Of a DNA stretch of 64,000 bases, positions 38,323-49,033 are shown in pieces; position 1 is the stretch's first letter; each line of letters starts with the position of its first letter. The stretch is from Abditibacterium sp. (lineage in GTDB: Bacteria; Armatimonadota; Abditibacteriia; Abditibacteriales; Abditibacteriaceae): contig OZ251992.1 of assembly GCA_965246885.1 (NCBI GenBank), forward strand, positions 1,472,001-1,536,000, in the 5' to 3' direction. The notes beneath the pieces are model-generated. The model was given only the letters and a program-made list of their open reading frames with translations, did not search any database and was not told where the DNA came from. A program made the translations under genes and the position numbers.

Positions 38323-39012
38323 TTAAGCCCCCGACGGGTCAATCAGGCTGTAGCCGATGCCGCGAATGGTCTTGAGGAGCGGCTTGTCGAAGGGCCGGTC
38401 TATCTTGCGGCGCAGGTAAGAGATGTAGACCTCCAACACGTTGTCTTGGCCGCCGAAGTCGTAGTCCCACACGCTTTCCATGAGTTCGCGGCGGCTCATG
38501 ACGCGGCCCGCGTTCTTCATTAGGGTTTCGAGCAGGCTGTACTCGGTCGCGGAAAAGGTGATCGTTTGTCCGGCGCGCGTGGCGCGGCGCGTGAGCGGAT
38601 CGAGTTCCAACTCGCCCACGCGCAACTTGGTCGAACCTGCCGTCGGGTATCCGGCACGGCGCAGGAGGGCGCGGGCGCGGGCCAGCAGTTCGGGCACCAC
38701 GAACGGCTTGCCCAAATAGTCGTCGGCGCCCGCATCAAGGCCCTTAATTTTGTCTTCAACGGAGTCGAGCGAGGTCAGGATGAGGATGGGCGTCAGGATG
38801 TTGCGGTCGCGCAGGGAACGGCACACCTCGAAACCGGTGCGTTTGGGCAGCACCACGTCCAAAATGATGAGGTCAAACGCGGTGTCGCGCGCGGCGTCCA
38901 AGGCGCTTTCGCCGTCGGCAAGCGCCGTCACCCGAAAACCGCTTTCGTCCAGTACTTGCGCGAGCAGTTCGCGCATCTCGTCGTCGTCTTCTACCACCAG
39001 TGCTTGGTTCAT
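38323..39012 (-). CDS. OmpR/PhoB family response regulator
   Basis: LVVEDD, LIILDVVLP, GADDYLGKPF, VYISYLRRKID, TIRGIGY. Confidence 0.95.
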   Translation of the reverse strand: MNQALVVEDDDEMRELLAQVLDESGFRVTALADGESALDAARDTAFDLIILDVVLPKRTGFEVCRSLRDRNILTPILILTSLDSVEDKIKGLDAGADDYLGKPFVVPELLARARALLRRAGYPTAGSTKLRVGELELDPLTRRATRAGQTITFSATEYSLLETLMKNAGRVMSRRELMESVWDYDFGGQDNVLEVYISYLRRKIDRPFDKPLLKTIRGIGYSLIDPSGA

Positions 39013-39252
39013 TGTTACCTCGAAAGTTAATAAAAAGAAAAGCGCGCCTTGGATGGCCAGACGCTCGCGCTTGAAGCCAAAACAGCCGTCATCGTGGCGC
39101 CCTTAGTTTGTCCTGTTCCCCCTCGGCGCGTGCAAACGGGCAAGTGAGGGCGCCAAAGCGCGAAAAATGGGGAACGAGAGGGGGGAGTTGCGGGTCTACA
39201 AGGGGTCGCGCCGGAAGAGACCCTCTTCAAGGCGGCGCGGCCCTTGAACATC

Positions 39253-40893
39253 ATGACTTCTTCCGCAAAAGAAGCGCGCGTCGCCGAGCTACTCCAAGAC
39301 CTCGACGGCAAAAGCGAAACCACACAGCGCCCCATTATAGACGAGATCGTGCGTATGGGCCAAATCGCTGTCAAGCCTCTTTCCAAAGCCCTTTCCTCCG
39401 GCGCGTCGTTCCAAGTTCGCATGGCGTCCGCGACGGCGCTGGGCGAACTGGCCGACGAAGCCTCCGTCGAGCCGCTCGTGGCCGCGCTGGGCGACTCCAG
39501 CCTCAACGTGCAACGCGCCGCCGTCAACGCGCTTTCCCTGCTCGGCTCGCCCGCCGTGCCGCCGCTCCTTATTTCGCTCGATTCGCCCGAAGAGTCCGTG
39601 CGCCGGTGGAGCGCCGAAGTTTTGGGGCGCGTGGGAACGATGGACATCGCGCCGCTTCTGATTGAGCGGCTTCCCGGCGAAGTCCTCGACGTGCAAAAGC
39701 ACATGATCGTCGCGCTGGGCGAACTGCGCCACAAGGACGCCACGCCCGTCTTGATGCCGTTCTTGGAGTCGGACAACATAGACCTCATCCGCCAAACGGC
39801 GGTCGCGCTGGGCCAAATCCAAGACAAACGCGCCGTTGACGGCCTGATAGACATCCTCGAATCTTCCTCGGTTGAAGTGCGCAAAGACGCGGCGGTGGCT
39901 CTGGTGGAGATCGGCAAAGAATCGCCCAAAGAAGCCGTTGATGCCTTGACGCGCGCCCTGGTGCACCCCAACCACAATGTGCGCTTGGCGGCGGCGGAAG
40001 CGTTGGGGCAACTCAAATCCAAGCGCGCGAGTGATGCCCTCGTCCTCGCCTTGAAAGACGACAACGTGCGCGTGCGGCGCTATGCGGCCCTTGCGTTGGG
40101 CGAAATCGGCGACGCCAAAGTCGCCAAGTCGCTGCAAGTATTGCTGGAAGATAAGGTGCAAGACGTGCGTTATTCGGCAGTCAAAGCCGTCGCGGGCATC
40201 GGCGGCCAAGCGGCTATCGCGCCGCTCACAACTGCTTTGAGTGACCCCGACTGGGTGGTGCGCTTAGCCGCCGCGCAGGGGCTGGGCAAGATGAAGTCGG
40301 ACACCTCCGTCGGCCCGCTTTGCGAGGCGCTTAAAGACCCCGAATGGAGCGTGCGCTATCACGCGGCGCTCGCGTTGGGCGACATCGGCAAGCTCGAAGC
40401 GGTGATGCCGCTCATCAAAACGCTGCGCGACCCGCGCGAGGGCGTGCGGCGCGGCGTCGTCGAGTCGCTCGGACGCTTGGGCGACAAGCGCGCCGTTCCC
40501 GCTTTGGAGCGCCAGCGCAAAATCGAGGAAACCGACGGCGCCAAACTCGCCATCGCCATGATAGACATGGTGCTTCCCGGCCTCAAGCGCGGCAAAAAGT
40601 TCGAGCCGAAACCGGAGCAGCGCTTCCAACCGGCGCCCATCATCAACTCGGCGACCATTAAGCCCAAAGCCGCGATTCTGGCCGCGCAAGAAGCGCACGC
40701 GCGCATGGCCGCTGAAGCAGCCGCCGCCGCTTCGCGCGAGGACGCCGACGATACCGTTGACGCCGCGATGGATCCGGCCCTGCTCGGTGACGGCGACCTC
40801 GCCGTCGCCGCCATCGCGGGCGGCGACCTCGACGCCGAACTGTCCGTAGACATCACGTCGGGCGATTCGGGCGAACTGGGCGAGGGAATTTAA
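39253..40893 (+). CDS. HEAT (PBS lyase-like) repeat protein
   Basis: Many L.D....VR..AA.ALG.(L/I) repeats; acidic C-terminal tail. Confidence 0.9.
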   Translation: MTSSAKEARVAELLQDLDGKSETTQRPIIDEIVRMGQIAVKPLSKALSSGASFQVRMASATALGELADEASVEPLVAALGDSSLNVQRAAVNALSLLGSPAVPPLLISLDSPEESVRRWSAEVLGRVGTMDIAPLLIERLPGEVLDVQKHMIVALGELRHKDATPVLMPFLESDNIDLIRQTAVALGQIQDKRAVDGLIDILESSSVEVRKDAAVALVEIGKESPKEAVDALTRALVHPNHNVRLAAAEALGQLKSKRASDALVLALKDDNVRVRRYAALALGEIGDAKVAKSLQVLLEDKVQDVRYSAVKAVAGIGGQAAIAPLTTALSDPDWVVRLAAAQGLGKMKSDTSVGPLCEALKDPEWSVRYHAALALGDIGKLEAVMPLIKTLRDPREGVRRGVVESLGRLGDKRAVPALERQRKIEETDGAKLAIAMIDMVLPGLKRGKKFEPKPEQRFQPAPIINSATIKPKAAILAAQEAHARMAAEAAAAASREDADDTVDAAMDPALLGDGDLAVAAIAGGDLDAELSVDITSGDSGELGEGI

Positions 40894-40911
40894 CTTTTTC
40901 CCTCTGGGGCC

Positions 40912-41394
40912 ATGAAAAAGAAACCTCCCAAACTGCTCGGCGACGAAACCATCGCGCTTAACCGGCGCGCACGGCACGACTACGAAATCGCCGACTCGCT
41001 CGAAGCGGGCATGGTGCTCACGGGCAGCGAAGTCAAGTCGCTGCGCACCGGCGGCGCGCAAATCGCTGAAGCGTACGCCACGATAGACGCCATTCGTGGT
41101 GGCGGCGCCGAAGCGTGGATTTACGGGATGTACATCCCGCCCTACAAGCCCGCGACCTATAACAACGTGGATTCGCGCCGCAAGCGCAAGCTCCTGCTCC
41201 ATCGCTCGCAAATCAACAAGCTCATCGGCCAAAGCGCGCAGAAGGGCTACACGCTCATCCCCCTGAAGCTCTACTTCGCGCGTGGTCGCGCTAAGATAGA
41301 AATCGGCCTCGCCAAAGGCCGCGCCACGCACGACAAGCGCCGCGCCATCGCCGAACGCGAGATCAAGCGCGACTTGGCGCGCGAGGGGAACTAA
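40912..41394 (+). CDS. smpB: SsrA-binding protein
   Basis: NRRARHDY, EAGMVLTGSEVKSLR, RKLLLH, HDKR. Confidence 0.97.
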   Translation: MKKKPPKLLGDETIALNRRARHDYEIADSLEAGMVLTGSEVKSLRTGGAQIAEAYATIDAIRGGGAEAWIYGMYIPPYKPATYNNVDSRRKRKLLLHRSQINKLIGQSAQKGYTLIPLKLYFARGRAKIEIGLAKGRATHDKRRAIAEREIKRDLAREGN

Positions 41395-41439
41395 GACTAC
41401 CGGTTCCCACGCGGCGCTTGCTTAACTCTGCGGCACCTT

Positions 41440-42798
41440 ATGCGGTTCACTCGACGCGCGTCATTGATGGGAGCGGTGGCGCTTTGTTTTTATCTGGTCG
41501 CGGTAGTCAATACCCTCCCCAGCTTCTACTACGTGTTGGTGTGGCTGGCGGTCGGGTTGCTGGCGTCGTCTCTGGGCCTTGCGGTTCTGTCTCTCACGGG
41601 CACGGGGTGTAGGCTAAGGGAACTGCGGCCATACGGCTACGCACGCGGCGAATTCGTCAGCGCCATGCCGCCACTGTGGGAAGCTGCGCTGGGCAACGTC
41701 GGTTCGCTCAACAAAACTGGCATCGAACTGGAGTTGCGGCTCCGGCGCGCGGGTGGTGCGGCACCGTCCGCGAAACGGGGGCGCGGCAAGACCCCGCCGC
41801 TTCTCGCATATTTTCTGGTCGAAGCGCTTCCTTCTGGCGCCAAGCTGGATGCGCCGCTCGGACTTGATTTCCTGCCGCGCGGCGCCTACGAGTTGACGGG
41901 CGCGCGCTTGATCGGAAGCGATGTGCTCGGCCTGTTTCGCGCGTCCAAGCGGCTCTCTGTGCCCGATGCGCTCCGCGTCGTGGTGGCACCGATGGTATTG
42001 CCCATTGGAGGGGGCCGCGAGTTTTCGCGGGGCGCAGGTGGGCGCGACGGCTCACGCACCCTTGCGCGCTTGGGCAACAGTCAAGATTTGCGCGGGGTGC
42101 GGCCCTATGTTCCGGGCGACGACTGGCGTCACATCCATTGGGCGACTTCGGCGCGCACGGGTGAACTGGCGGTGCGCGAGTTCGAGCGGAGTGGACGCGA
42201 TGCGGCGGTCGTGGTGTGGGATGGGGCGCTCTCGGCCACCTCCGGGCGCGGCGCGCGGCCCACGACCGAAGAAGAGTTGACTTTGGTCGCTTCCCTTTTA
42301 TGCGCGCTCGACGCCGCGCAAACACCAGCGCACGTCGCGGTGTTGGGGGGCGAGGGGGATGAACTGATCGCCGTCAACGGCCAAGACGGGCTACTCGCGT
42401 CTGCCGCAATGGAAGCCCTCGCTCGCGCGGTTCCCGCCCGCACTGTGCCCTTAACTACCGCGCTCGACCGCGCCAGTATGAGCGCCGACGGTGCGCTGGG
42501 TCAGTTTTTCTTTGTGTCCTCCTCTCTGGGCGCCGATTTGGTGGAGTGTGTGGCGGCGTGCATGGGGCGCGGCGAAGCGGTGACGGTTGTATGGTACGAG
42601 TGGGCGTCCACGCCCGACCCGCGCCGTAGGATGCATCGCGCGCGCGATAGGAAAATTGAGGTGGCGCCGCCCGCCCGCTCGCAAGAGCAGGCGCTTCTTG
42701 CCACCGGTGCGCGTCTCGTGCGTGTCTCGCTCGAAGAAGGTCAATCCGTGTTGCCTGTTCTCGAACGGGCGCTGTTGGAACTTTTGGAGCCGATGTAA
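41440..42798 (+). CDS. DUF58 domain membrane protein
   Basis: DVLGLF, GVRPYVPGDDWRHIHWATSARTGELAVREFE. Confidence 0.9.
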   Translation: MRFTRRASLMGAVALCFYLVAVVNTLPSFYYVLVWLAVGLLASSLGLAVLSLTGTGCRLRELRPYGYARGEFVSAMPPLWEAALGNVGSLNKTGIELELRLRRAGGAAPSAKRGRGKTPPLLAYFLVEALPSGAKLDAPLGLDFLPRGAYELTGARLIGSDVLGLFRASKRLSVPDALRVVVAPMVLPIGGGREFSRGAGGRDGSRTLARLGNSQDLRGVRPYVPGDDWRHIHWATSARTGELAVREFERSGRDAAVVVWDGALSATSGRGARPTTEEELTLVASLLCALDAAQTPAHVAVLGGEGDELIAVNGQDGLLASAAMEALARAVPARTVPLTTALDRASMSADGALGQFFFVSSSLGADLVECVAACMGRGEAVTVVWYEWASTPDPRRRMHRARDRKIEVAPPARSQEQALLATGARLVRVSLEEGQSVLPVLERALLELLEPM

Positions 42799-42801
42799 CC
42801 C

Positions 42802-45315
42802 ATGACCATGCCTCAATCTCGACGCTTTACCGGCGAACTGCTGCTCCGTTACTTTTGCGCGACTCTGGTGACTTTGGTCGCGGCGGCAGGCGCGCAACTC
42901 GTGATGCGCTCCGATTTCGCGCTCACCATCGCGGCCCTGACGCTGGTGGGCTTGCCCGTTTCCTTGTATCTGCGCGTGCACGAGATGCGCGTGCTGGGGG
43001 TTTCCCTGTCGCGGCCCGTGTGGAACGCGCTGACGGTGACGCTGTTTTTCGCGGTGGCTGGCGCGTGGACGCTGACCTCAATGTCGGATTTGATCGACCT
43101 GTTGTTGAGCGGGAGCCTGACGCAAAGTTACTGGCTGCACTTCACCGCCGAAGGCTCGCTGGCGTTGCTGATGCAAGTGTTCTTGCTGTTCGCGGCGTTT
43201 CGCTCGTTCGCGCTCATTACCGACAAAGACGCGACGCTGGCGACAGTGCCTTCGTTCTCCGTCCTGCTGTTGCTCATCCCCGTCCACAAGGGTATCGAAG
43301 TCGTTCTTTACTTTCTGTTATGGACGCTCGCGGCGACGACGCTTTTCGCCCTCGACCATCGTATTGAACAGCGCGAGCGGGCCAATGGGCGGGTTCCCGC
43401 CGCGCTTCCGGGGCAGGCGGCGCGTTTGGCGGCGCGCGGGTTGGTCGGGGTGTTGGGTGCAGCGCTGGTCGCGTCGTTTTCGCTGTCAGCGTTTTTGACT
43501 TCGCGCAACGCCGAAGACCAGAGCGTCACGCAGTCCGCCATCGCCGGACTCGCAGGCCGCTTTGCGCAACTTGCAATGGGGCCGGGCGAGTCGTCCATCG
43601 GCGGGGGAGCAGAGCGGCAAATTGATTTTTCGAGCGGCCCGTCCATTCCTTCGCGCGCGCTGTTGTGGTGGGTGAAGACCCGCGCGGGGGACGACCGCAT
43701 CGTCCGCCCGGAGTACTTCCGCTTGTTCGCCTTATCGAAATATAACGGCGCGACGTGGACGCAAGGAGGGATCGCCCAGAAGCGGCTGGCGCTCGCTCCC
43801 ATTCCCACGAGTGTGTGGCCCCTCAAATGGCGCCACCGCTTCATTGACCGCTTCCATGATGAGCAAAACGGGCAATACCACTTCAATCCGTTCTTCTCTG
43901 CCCGCAACGTGAGACGTGCCGGGCATTGGCGCTACCAACTCCCCAAAGAACCCGACCTCCATAATCGTGAGGCCGAAGAGAATAGAATCATTCAAGCGTT
44001 CCAGCAACAGAATCTCGTGCCCCATTTTTCCGAGTTGCAGCCCGGATTTACGCTCGGCCAAGCGTGGCCGCAACTGGCGCGCGATTTTGGGCGCCCGACC
44101 GCCACGCTTCAAGTCACCGTGCGCCCCAATGCCACTAATTTGGGCTTTGTTCCAACGCTGCCGGGGATGCGCGCGCTGTTCGTGCGCAACAGCTACCTTA
44201 CAAATAAGGAGATTAGGGAGGTGCGGGCGGGGGTGGACGCTTCGGTGGATACGGGGATCGTGCAGCAGGAGCACCGTATCAACAGTTTGTGTGACGTGCC
44301 GCGACTGCCCGAATACGGCTTTGCCGTGGATGCGGCGCCCACGAAAAAGGTGGCGCCGTCGGCCCAATCTCCGCAGCTTTTGCCGTCCCAGCGCGCGCTC
44401 TGCCTCGAAACGCCGCGACTCACGGAGCGAGTGCGCCGCTTCGCGCGCGCCTCTGTGGCCAAAGCGGGAACGGAGGAGAACAACCTCGCGCGGGCGCAAC
44501 GCTTGGCGCTCGCCATTGATCGGGGCGCCACCTACACGCTGCGACCGCCCACTCCACCCGACAGCGTGGAAGCGACCGATTACTTCTTGTTCGAGGGCAA
44601 TCGGCGGGGCTACTGCACGCACTTCGCGTCGGCTCTGGCGGTTTTGTGTCGCTCGCAGGGGATTCCGGCGCGTTTGGTGTCGGGCTTCGCCGCGCAGGAA
44701 TACTCCTCGGATGGTTGGGCGCTTCTGCGCGGCGCCAATGCCCACGCTTGGACGGAAGTGTGGATCGAGAACTGGGGTTGGGCGCCCGTAGATGCTACTC
44801 CCGCTACCGACCGGGGCGACAATGCGCCCAATCTGCTCGCCTTTTGGGGCGACTGGCTGGGCTTCGCATTCAATCAGATCGCCGTCTGGAGCCGCGCCCG
44901 CGTCGCTCTGCTTGGCTGTCTGGTCGGTGCGCTGGTCGTTGGCGTCTACGCTTTTCGCCGCCGCGAGCGCATCAGTCGCTGGCTGGCCAACCGGCGCGGG
45001 CGCCTGAGCAACGAGGAGTGGACGCGCCGCGAAATCATCGAATCCTACGAGAGCGCCGCCAAGCGGCTCGCGGCCCTGTTTCGTCCCCGCACGCTATCCG
45101 AAACGCCCATCGAGTGGCTCGCCGCCGCCGGACAAAGCGCCCTCGACGCTCCCCGCGCGCGCGGCTTTGCGCGCCGCGAGTTCGAGATGCTCACCGATTA
45201 TTATGTGCGCGCCCGCTACGCCCCTACGGCCCCCGATGAGTCCGCCATCGCCGTCGCGCGGGAGTTGGCCAAGCAGGTGTTGCGAGGAAAAGGGCGCACT
45301 TCCACCGAAAGTTAA
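42802..45315 (+). CDS. Membrane transglutaminase-domain protein (TgpA-like)
   Basis: N-terminal TM bundle; GYCTHFASA, GIPARLVSGF, HAWTEVW, DATP; C-terminal SETPIEW..YVRARYA. Confidence 0.9.
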   Translation: MTMPQSRRFTGELLLRYFCATLVTLVAAAGAQLVMRSDFALTIAALTLVGLPVSLYLRVHEMRVLGVSLSRPVWNALTVTLFFAVAGAWTLTSMSDLIDLLLSGSLTQSYWLHFTAEGSLALLMQVFLLFAAFRSFALITDKDATLATVPSFSVLLLLIPVHKGIEVVLYFLLWTLAATTLFALDHRIEQRERANGRVPAALPGQAARLAARGLVGVLGAALVASFSLSAFLTSRNAEDQSVTQSAIAGLAGRFAQLAMGPGESSIGGGAERQIDFSSGPSIPSRALLWWVKTRAGDDRIVRPEYFRLFALSKYNGATWTQGGIAQKRLALAPIPTSVWPLKWRHRFIDRFHDEQNGQYHFNPFFSARNVRRAGHWRYQLPKEPDLHNREAEENRIIQAFQQQNLVPHFSELQPGFTLGQAWPQLARDFGRPTATLQVTVRPNATNLGFVPTLPGMRALFVRNSYLTNKEIREVRAGVDASVDTGIVQQEHRINSLCDVPRLPEYGFAVDAAPTKKVAPSAQSPQLLPSQRALCLETPRLTERVRRFARASVAKAGTEENNLARAQRLALAIDRGATYTLRPPTPPDSVEATDYFLFEGNRRGYCTHFASALAVLCRSQGIPARLVSGFAAQEYSSDGWALLRGANAHAWTEVWIENWGWAPVDATPATDRGDNAPNLLAFWGDWLGFAFNQIAVWSRARVALLGCLVGALVVGVYAFRRRERISRWLANRRGRLSNEEWTRREIIESYESAAKRLAALFRPRTLSETPIEWLAAAGQSALDAPRARGFARREFEMLTDYYVRARYAPTAPDESAIAVARELAKQVLRGKGRTSTES

Positions 45316-45352
45316 ACTCGCCGTCACCCGAACGGGTGACGGCGAGTTTAAC
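45311..45352. terminator. Perfect hairpin between convergent genes
   Basis: GTTAAACTCGCCGTCACCCG-aa-CGGGTGACGGCGAGTTTAAC. Confidence 0.75.
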
Positions 45353-45369
45353 CCCAAATCAGTGGTTAG

Positions 45370-45720
45370 TTAGGCCGTTGGCGCCGTCAGTTCCACGATG
45401 CCGTTTTGCGGGTCGGCGTTCATGTGAAAGCCAAGCGCGCTTTCAAAAAAGCGCACGGGCACCCACGTCTCGCCGTCCTCGACGAAGGGCGTTCCCGTCA
45501 GGCCGACCTCGCTACCGTTGACGTTAGCAGTCGCTTGACCGTCCGTGAACGTCACGATTTGCCCGCCCATATACAAAATGGCGGTGCCTGTTGTCGGCTC
45601 GTAGTCCACGTTGCCGCCCAAGTTGCTGGCGACTTGGCGGAGCGGCACGAACATGGCGCCGTCCTGCACGCGGGGTTCGCCCGCAATATCGGTCATCTGT
45701 CCGTTGAGAATGTAAGGCAT
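45370..45720 (-). CDS. Copper amine oxidase N-terminal (stalk) domain protein
   Basis: MFVPLRQVASNLGGNVDY, TWVPVRFFESALG. Confidence 0.85.
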   Translation of the reverse strand: MPYILNGQMTDIAGEPRVQDGAMFVPLRQVASNLGGNVDYEPTTGTAILYMGGQIVTFTDGQATANVNGSEVGLTGTPFVEDGETWVPVRFFESALGFHMNADPQNGIVELTAPTA

Positions 45721-45786
45721 GGTTGGTTCTTAAAGCAAAAAAAAGAAGAACACGACTTGCGCCGTGTTCTTCGCTGGTTCGCCGTC

Positions 45787-46353
45787 TTACTTAACGGACA
45801 GGTTGTCCACAACGGTGTAGCCGTTGGCTTTCTGTTTGGCGATGGACTCGGCGAGCGTCTTTTGCGCAGCGCTGGTGACGGTGCCAGACAACTTGACGGT
45901 CTTGGCGGCCACGTCGGTGTCCACGTTGATGCTGGAGCCGTTGAGGGCTTTGTTGCCACCGAAAGCGGTTTTGATTAGCGGAGTCAACGCCGCATGAGAG
46001 GCGGCAGCACCCACGTTGGCGGCACCGTTGGCGACGGCGGCTCCGGCATTCGCGGCACCGTTGGCAACAGCAGCCCCCGCATTCGCGGCACCATTGACGA
46101 CATTAGCGGCACCGTTAGCAACCGCCCCGCCCACATTGGCGGCGCCGTTGACGACTTTCGCGCCGCCATTGGCGACCGCGTTAGCGGTGTCGCCGAGGTT
46201 GTCGGCGACCTTGTTGGCGACTTTATCGCCGCCATTGACAGCAGCGTTGGCGGTGTCCGAAGCGGCGGTGTCGCCGCCATTGCCGCAACCCGCCAAAGCG
46301 AGGATGACGGCGCCCGTTCCGAGCAAAGCGCCCATTGTGCGAATGTTTTGCAT
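45787..46353 (-). CDS. BON-domain lipoprotein with Ala/Asn/Gly repeats
   Basis: Lipobox LAGC; repeated VANGAAN(V/A)G; INVDTD..VKLSGTV..VVDNLSV. Confidence 0.85.
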   Translation of the reverse strand: MQNIRTMGALLGTGAVILALAGCGNGGDTAASDTANAAVNGGDKVANKVADNLGDTANAVANGGAKVVNGAANVGGAVANGAANVVNGAANAGAAVANGAANAGAAVANGAANVGAAASHAALTPLIKTAFGGNKALNGSSINVDTDVAAKTVKLSGTVTSAAQKTLAESIAKQKANGYTVVDNLSVK

Positions 46354-46473
46354 TGTGTTGTGAAATTCTCCTGCGAAAATGCCCGCGAACTGCGGGCATC
46401 AAACTCGCCCCGATATTTTAGCAAGCGACGTGCCGCTTGTGTGAATTACCCCTCTGGCAATCTGCCGAAGATG

Positions 46474-47745
46474 TTATGACCCTCTCATTGCCGCGCACGC
46501 TTCCCCAAGTGGCAACGTCTGTTGCGTGCCCGCGTCCAAGTCTTTCAAGGCCACACTGTTCGCCGCCAATTCGTCGTCGCCCACTATCAGGGCAAAGCGC
46601 GCCTTGGAGCGGTTCGCCTCGTTCATCTGCTTCTTGAGCGAGCGCCCTACCAAGTCGCAGTCGCAGCTTAACCCTTGGGAGCGAATCGCGCGCAACAGTC
46701 CCGGCGTCGCGGCGCGCGCGGCGTCACCCAGCGCCACCACGAACGCCGTCAGGCGCGGCGCTTCGACGGTTGCTCCTCCGGCGTCGCGCACCATGAGCAG
46801 GCGTTCGATGCCGCAACCGAAGCCGATGCCGGGGGTCGGCGAACCGCCCAACTCCTCGACCAAACCATCGTAGCGCCCCCCGCCCAAAACCGTAGACTGC
46901 GCGCCCAGCTTGTCGCTGACCCACTCAAAGGCGGTGCGCGAGTAGTAATCGAAGCCGCGCACGAGGTCAGGGTCTACCTCGAAGGGGATGCCCAGTTCGC
47001 CCAAGATGCGGCCCAATTGGGCGAAGTGCGCGCTGGATTCTGGGTCGTGGGCGCGCACGTGGTCGAGCAGTTTGGGGGCGCCAATCAGCGCTTCATGGTC
47101 GCGCGGGTCTTTGGAATCGAAGATGCGCAGGGGGTTAAGTTCCAAGCGCCGCTTGGAATCGTCTGATAACCCCTCCCGCTTGGGTTCGAGGAACTCGCGC
47201 AGCGAGTTTACATAGGCCCGCCGCGATTCGCGCGTGCCCAAAGTATTCAAGCGCAGCGTCGGATAAACGCCCATCTCCTCTAAAAAGTCACGGGCCAGCG
47301 CCAACACTTCGGCGTCTGCTCCGGCGTCGCTTGCGCCCAACAATTCCACGCCGCATTGGTGATGCTGGCGAAAGCGGCCCGCGCCGGGCGCTTCGTAGCG
47401 GAAGATGGGAAAGATGTAAAACAGCTTGGAAACCGGGCCGCGCTCGCCCAAATTGCCTTGCAAGTACGCGCGAACCACGCTCGCCGTGCCTTCGGGCCGC
47501 AGCGTATACGAGTCGCCGTCCAAGCCGTCGAAGGAATACATCTGCTTGGTGACGACAACGTCGCTCGACTCGCCCGAAGCGCGCCCGAACAGTTCGGTAT
47601 GTTCCAACACGGGCGTGCGAATCTCTTGGAAATTGGCGCGCGCGCACACGCGCCGGAAGGTTTCTTCGACAAAACGCCACGAAGGGATGGCGTCGGGCAA
47701 CACATCGTGCATCCCGCGCACGGACTGGAATTTCTGCATGTTCAT
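46474..47745 (-). CDS. hisS: Histidine--tRNA ligase
   Basis: RGMHD, LRPEGTA, FRYE..GRFRQ, LVRGFDYY, GGGRYDGL. Confidence 0.97.
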   Translation of the reverse strand: MNMQKFQSVRGMHDVLPDAIPSWRFVEETFRRVCARANFQEIRTPVLEHTELFGRASGESSDVVVTKQMYSFDGLDGDSYTLRPEGTASVVRAYLQGNLGERGPVSKLFYIFPIFRYEAPGAGRFRQHHQCGVELLGASDAGADAEVLALARDFLEEMGVYPTLRLNTLGTRESRRAYVNSLREFLEPKREGLSDDSKRRLELNPLRIFDSKDPRDHEALIGAPKLLDHVRAHDPESSAHFAQLGRILGELGIPFEVDPDLVRGFDYYSRTAFEWVSDKLGAQSTVLGGGRYDGLVEELGGSPTPGIGFGCGIERLLMVRDAGGATVEAPRLTAFVVALGDAARAATPGLLRAIRSQGLSCDCDLVGRSLKKQMNEANRSKARFALIVGDDELAANSVALKDLDAGTQQTLPLGEACAAMRGS

Positions 47746-47758
47746 AGCGAGGCGGCCT

Positions 47759-49000
47759 TTACAACCCAAACGCCGTTCTCATGGTGTTGACATCCTTGTC
47801 GCCGCGTCCGCTCAGATTGACGACGATAACGTCGTCCTTTCCATAGCGCGCCGTCAGTTCGCCCAGATACGCAAGGGCGTGCGCCGATTCGAGCGCGGGC
47901 AGGATGCCTTCCAATTGGCACAGCAGTTTCACGGCTTCCAACGCTTCCGCGTCGGTTGCGCCCACGTAATGCGCGCGGCCACTGTCTTTCAGGTGCGCGT
48001 GCTCCGGGCCGACGCCGGGGTAGTCCAAGCCCGCCGAAATCGAGTGCGTTTCCGAGATTTGGCCCCACTTGTCTTGCACGACGTAGCTCAGTGAGCCGTG
48101 TAGCACCCCCTTGCTCCCGCGCGATAGCGGCGCGGCATGGCGGCCCGTATCGAGTCCATCGCCTGCGCCCTCCACGCCCCACAGTTCCACCGTCTCGTCT
48201 TCCAAGAACGGGTGAAAGAGGCCAATGGCGTTCGAGCCGCCCCCGATGCACGCCACACACGCGACGGGCAATTTCCCGACTTGCTCCAACACTTGACGCC
48301 GCGCTTCTTGGCCCGTGATGGCGTGGAAGTCGCGCACCATCGTGGGGAAGGGGTGCGGCCCCGCGACGGTGCCGATGATGTAATGCGTGTCCCGCACGTT
48401 CGTCACCCAGTCGCGCATCGCCTCGTTGGTCGCGTCTTTGAGGGTCTTGCTGCCGGACGTAACCGGAATCACTTTGGCGCCCAGCAGTTGCATGCGAAAC
48501 ACGTTGAGCGATTGGCGGCGCGTGTCTTCCTCGCCCATATACACCTCGCACGCAAAACCAAAGCGCGCGGCAACTGTCGCCGTCGCCACACCGTGTTGAC
48601 CGGCACCCGTTTCCGCAATCAGGCGCGGCTTGCCCATTCGTTTGGCAAGGAGCGCTTGGCCGAGGGCGTTGTTTATCTTGTGCGCGCCGGTATGCAGCAA
48701 GTCCTCGCGCTTGAGATAAATCCGCGCGCCGCCGAAGTGCTGCGTGAGGCGCTCCGCGAAATAAAGCGGCGTCGGGCGCCCCACGTAATCGCGCAGGAGG
48801 CCCGCTAATTCGAGTTGAAACTGCGGGTCGCGGCGCGCCTCGTCGTAAATCTCTTCGAGTTCGCGCAGCGCCACCATGAGCGTTTCGGGCACGAACTGGC
48901 CGCCGAACTCTCCGAAGTGCCCGCGCGCCCCGTCTCCTTGAAGTTGCGCTTCGACGGCTTCGACTTCGGTTTCTAAACGGCCCTGCGATTCGTTGAACAT
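47759..49000 (-). CDS. trpB: Tryptophan synthase beta chain
   Basis: [53 protein letters not shown]. Confidence 0.98.
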   Translation of the reverse strand: MFNESQGRLETEVEAVEAQLQGDGARGHFGEFGGQFVPETLMVALRELEEIYDEARRDPQFQLELAGLLRDYVGRPTPLYFAERLTQHFGGARIYLKREDLLHTGAHKINNALGQALLAKRMGKPRLIAETGAGQHGVATATVAARFGFACEVYMGEEDTRRQSLNVFRMQLLGAKVIPVTSGSKTLKDATNEAMRDWVTNVRDTHYIIGTVAGPHPFPTMVRDFHAITGQEARRQVLEQVGKLPVACVACIGGGSNAIGLFHPFLEDETVELWGVEGAGDGLDTGRHAAPLSRGSKGVLHGSLSYVVQDKWGQISETHSISAGLDYPGVGPEHAHLKDSGRAHYVGATDAEALEAVKLLCQLEGILPALESAHALAYLGELTARYGKDDVIVVNLSGRGDKDVNTMRTAFGL

Positions 49001-49033
49001 GGCGAACAGTGTAAAGGGGCGGAAGAATTAACC

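Noticed and set aside
41395..41440. tmRNA (ssrA) next to smpB
   Set aside because: No space and no tRNA-like ends; the next CDS begins within 45 bp
45990..46260. Tandem DNA repeats as a separate element
   Set aside because: They are coding repeats (VANGAAN) inside the BON lipoprotein
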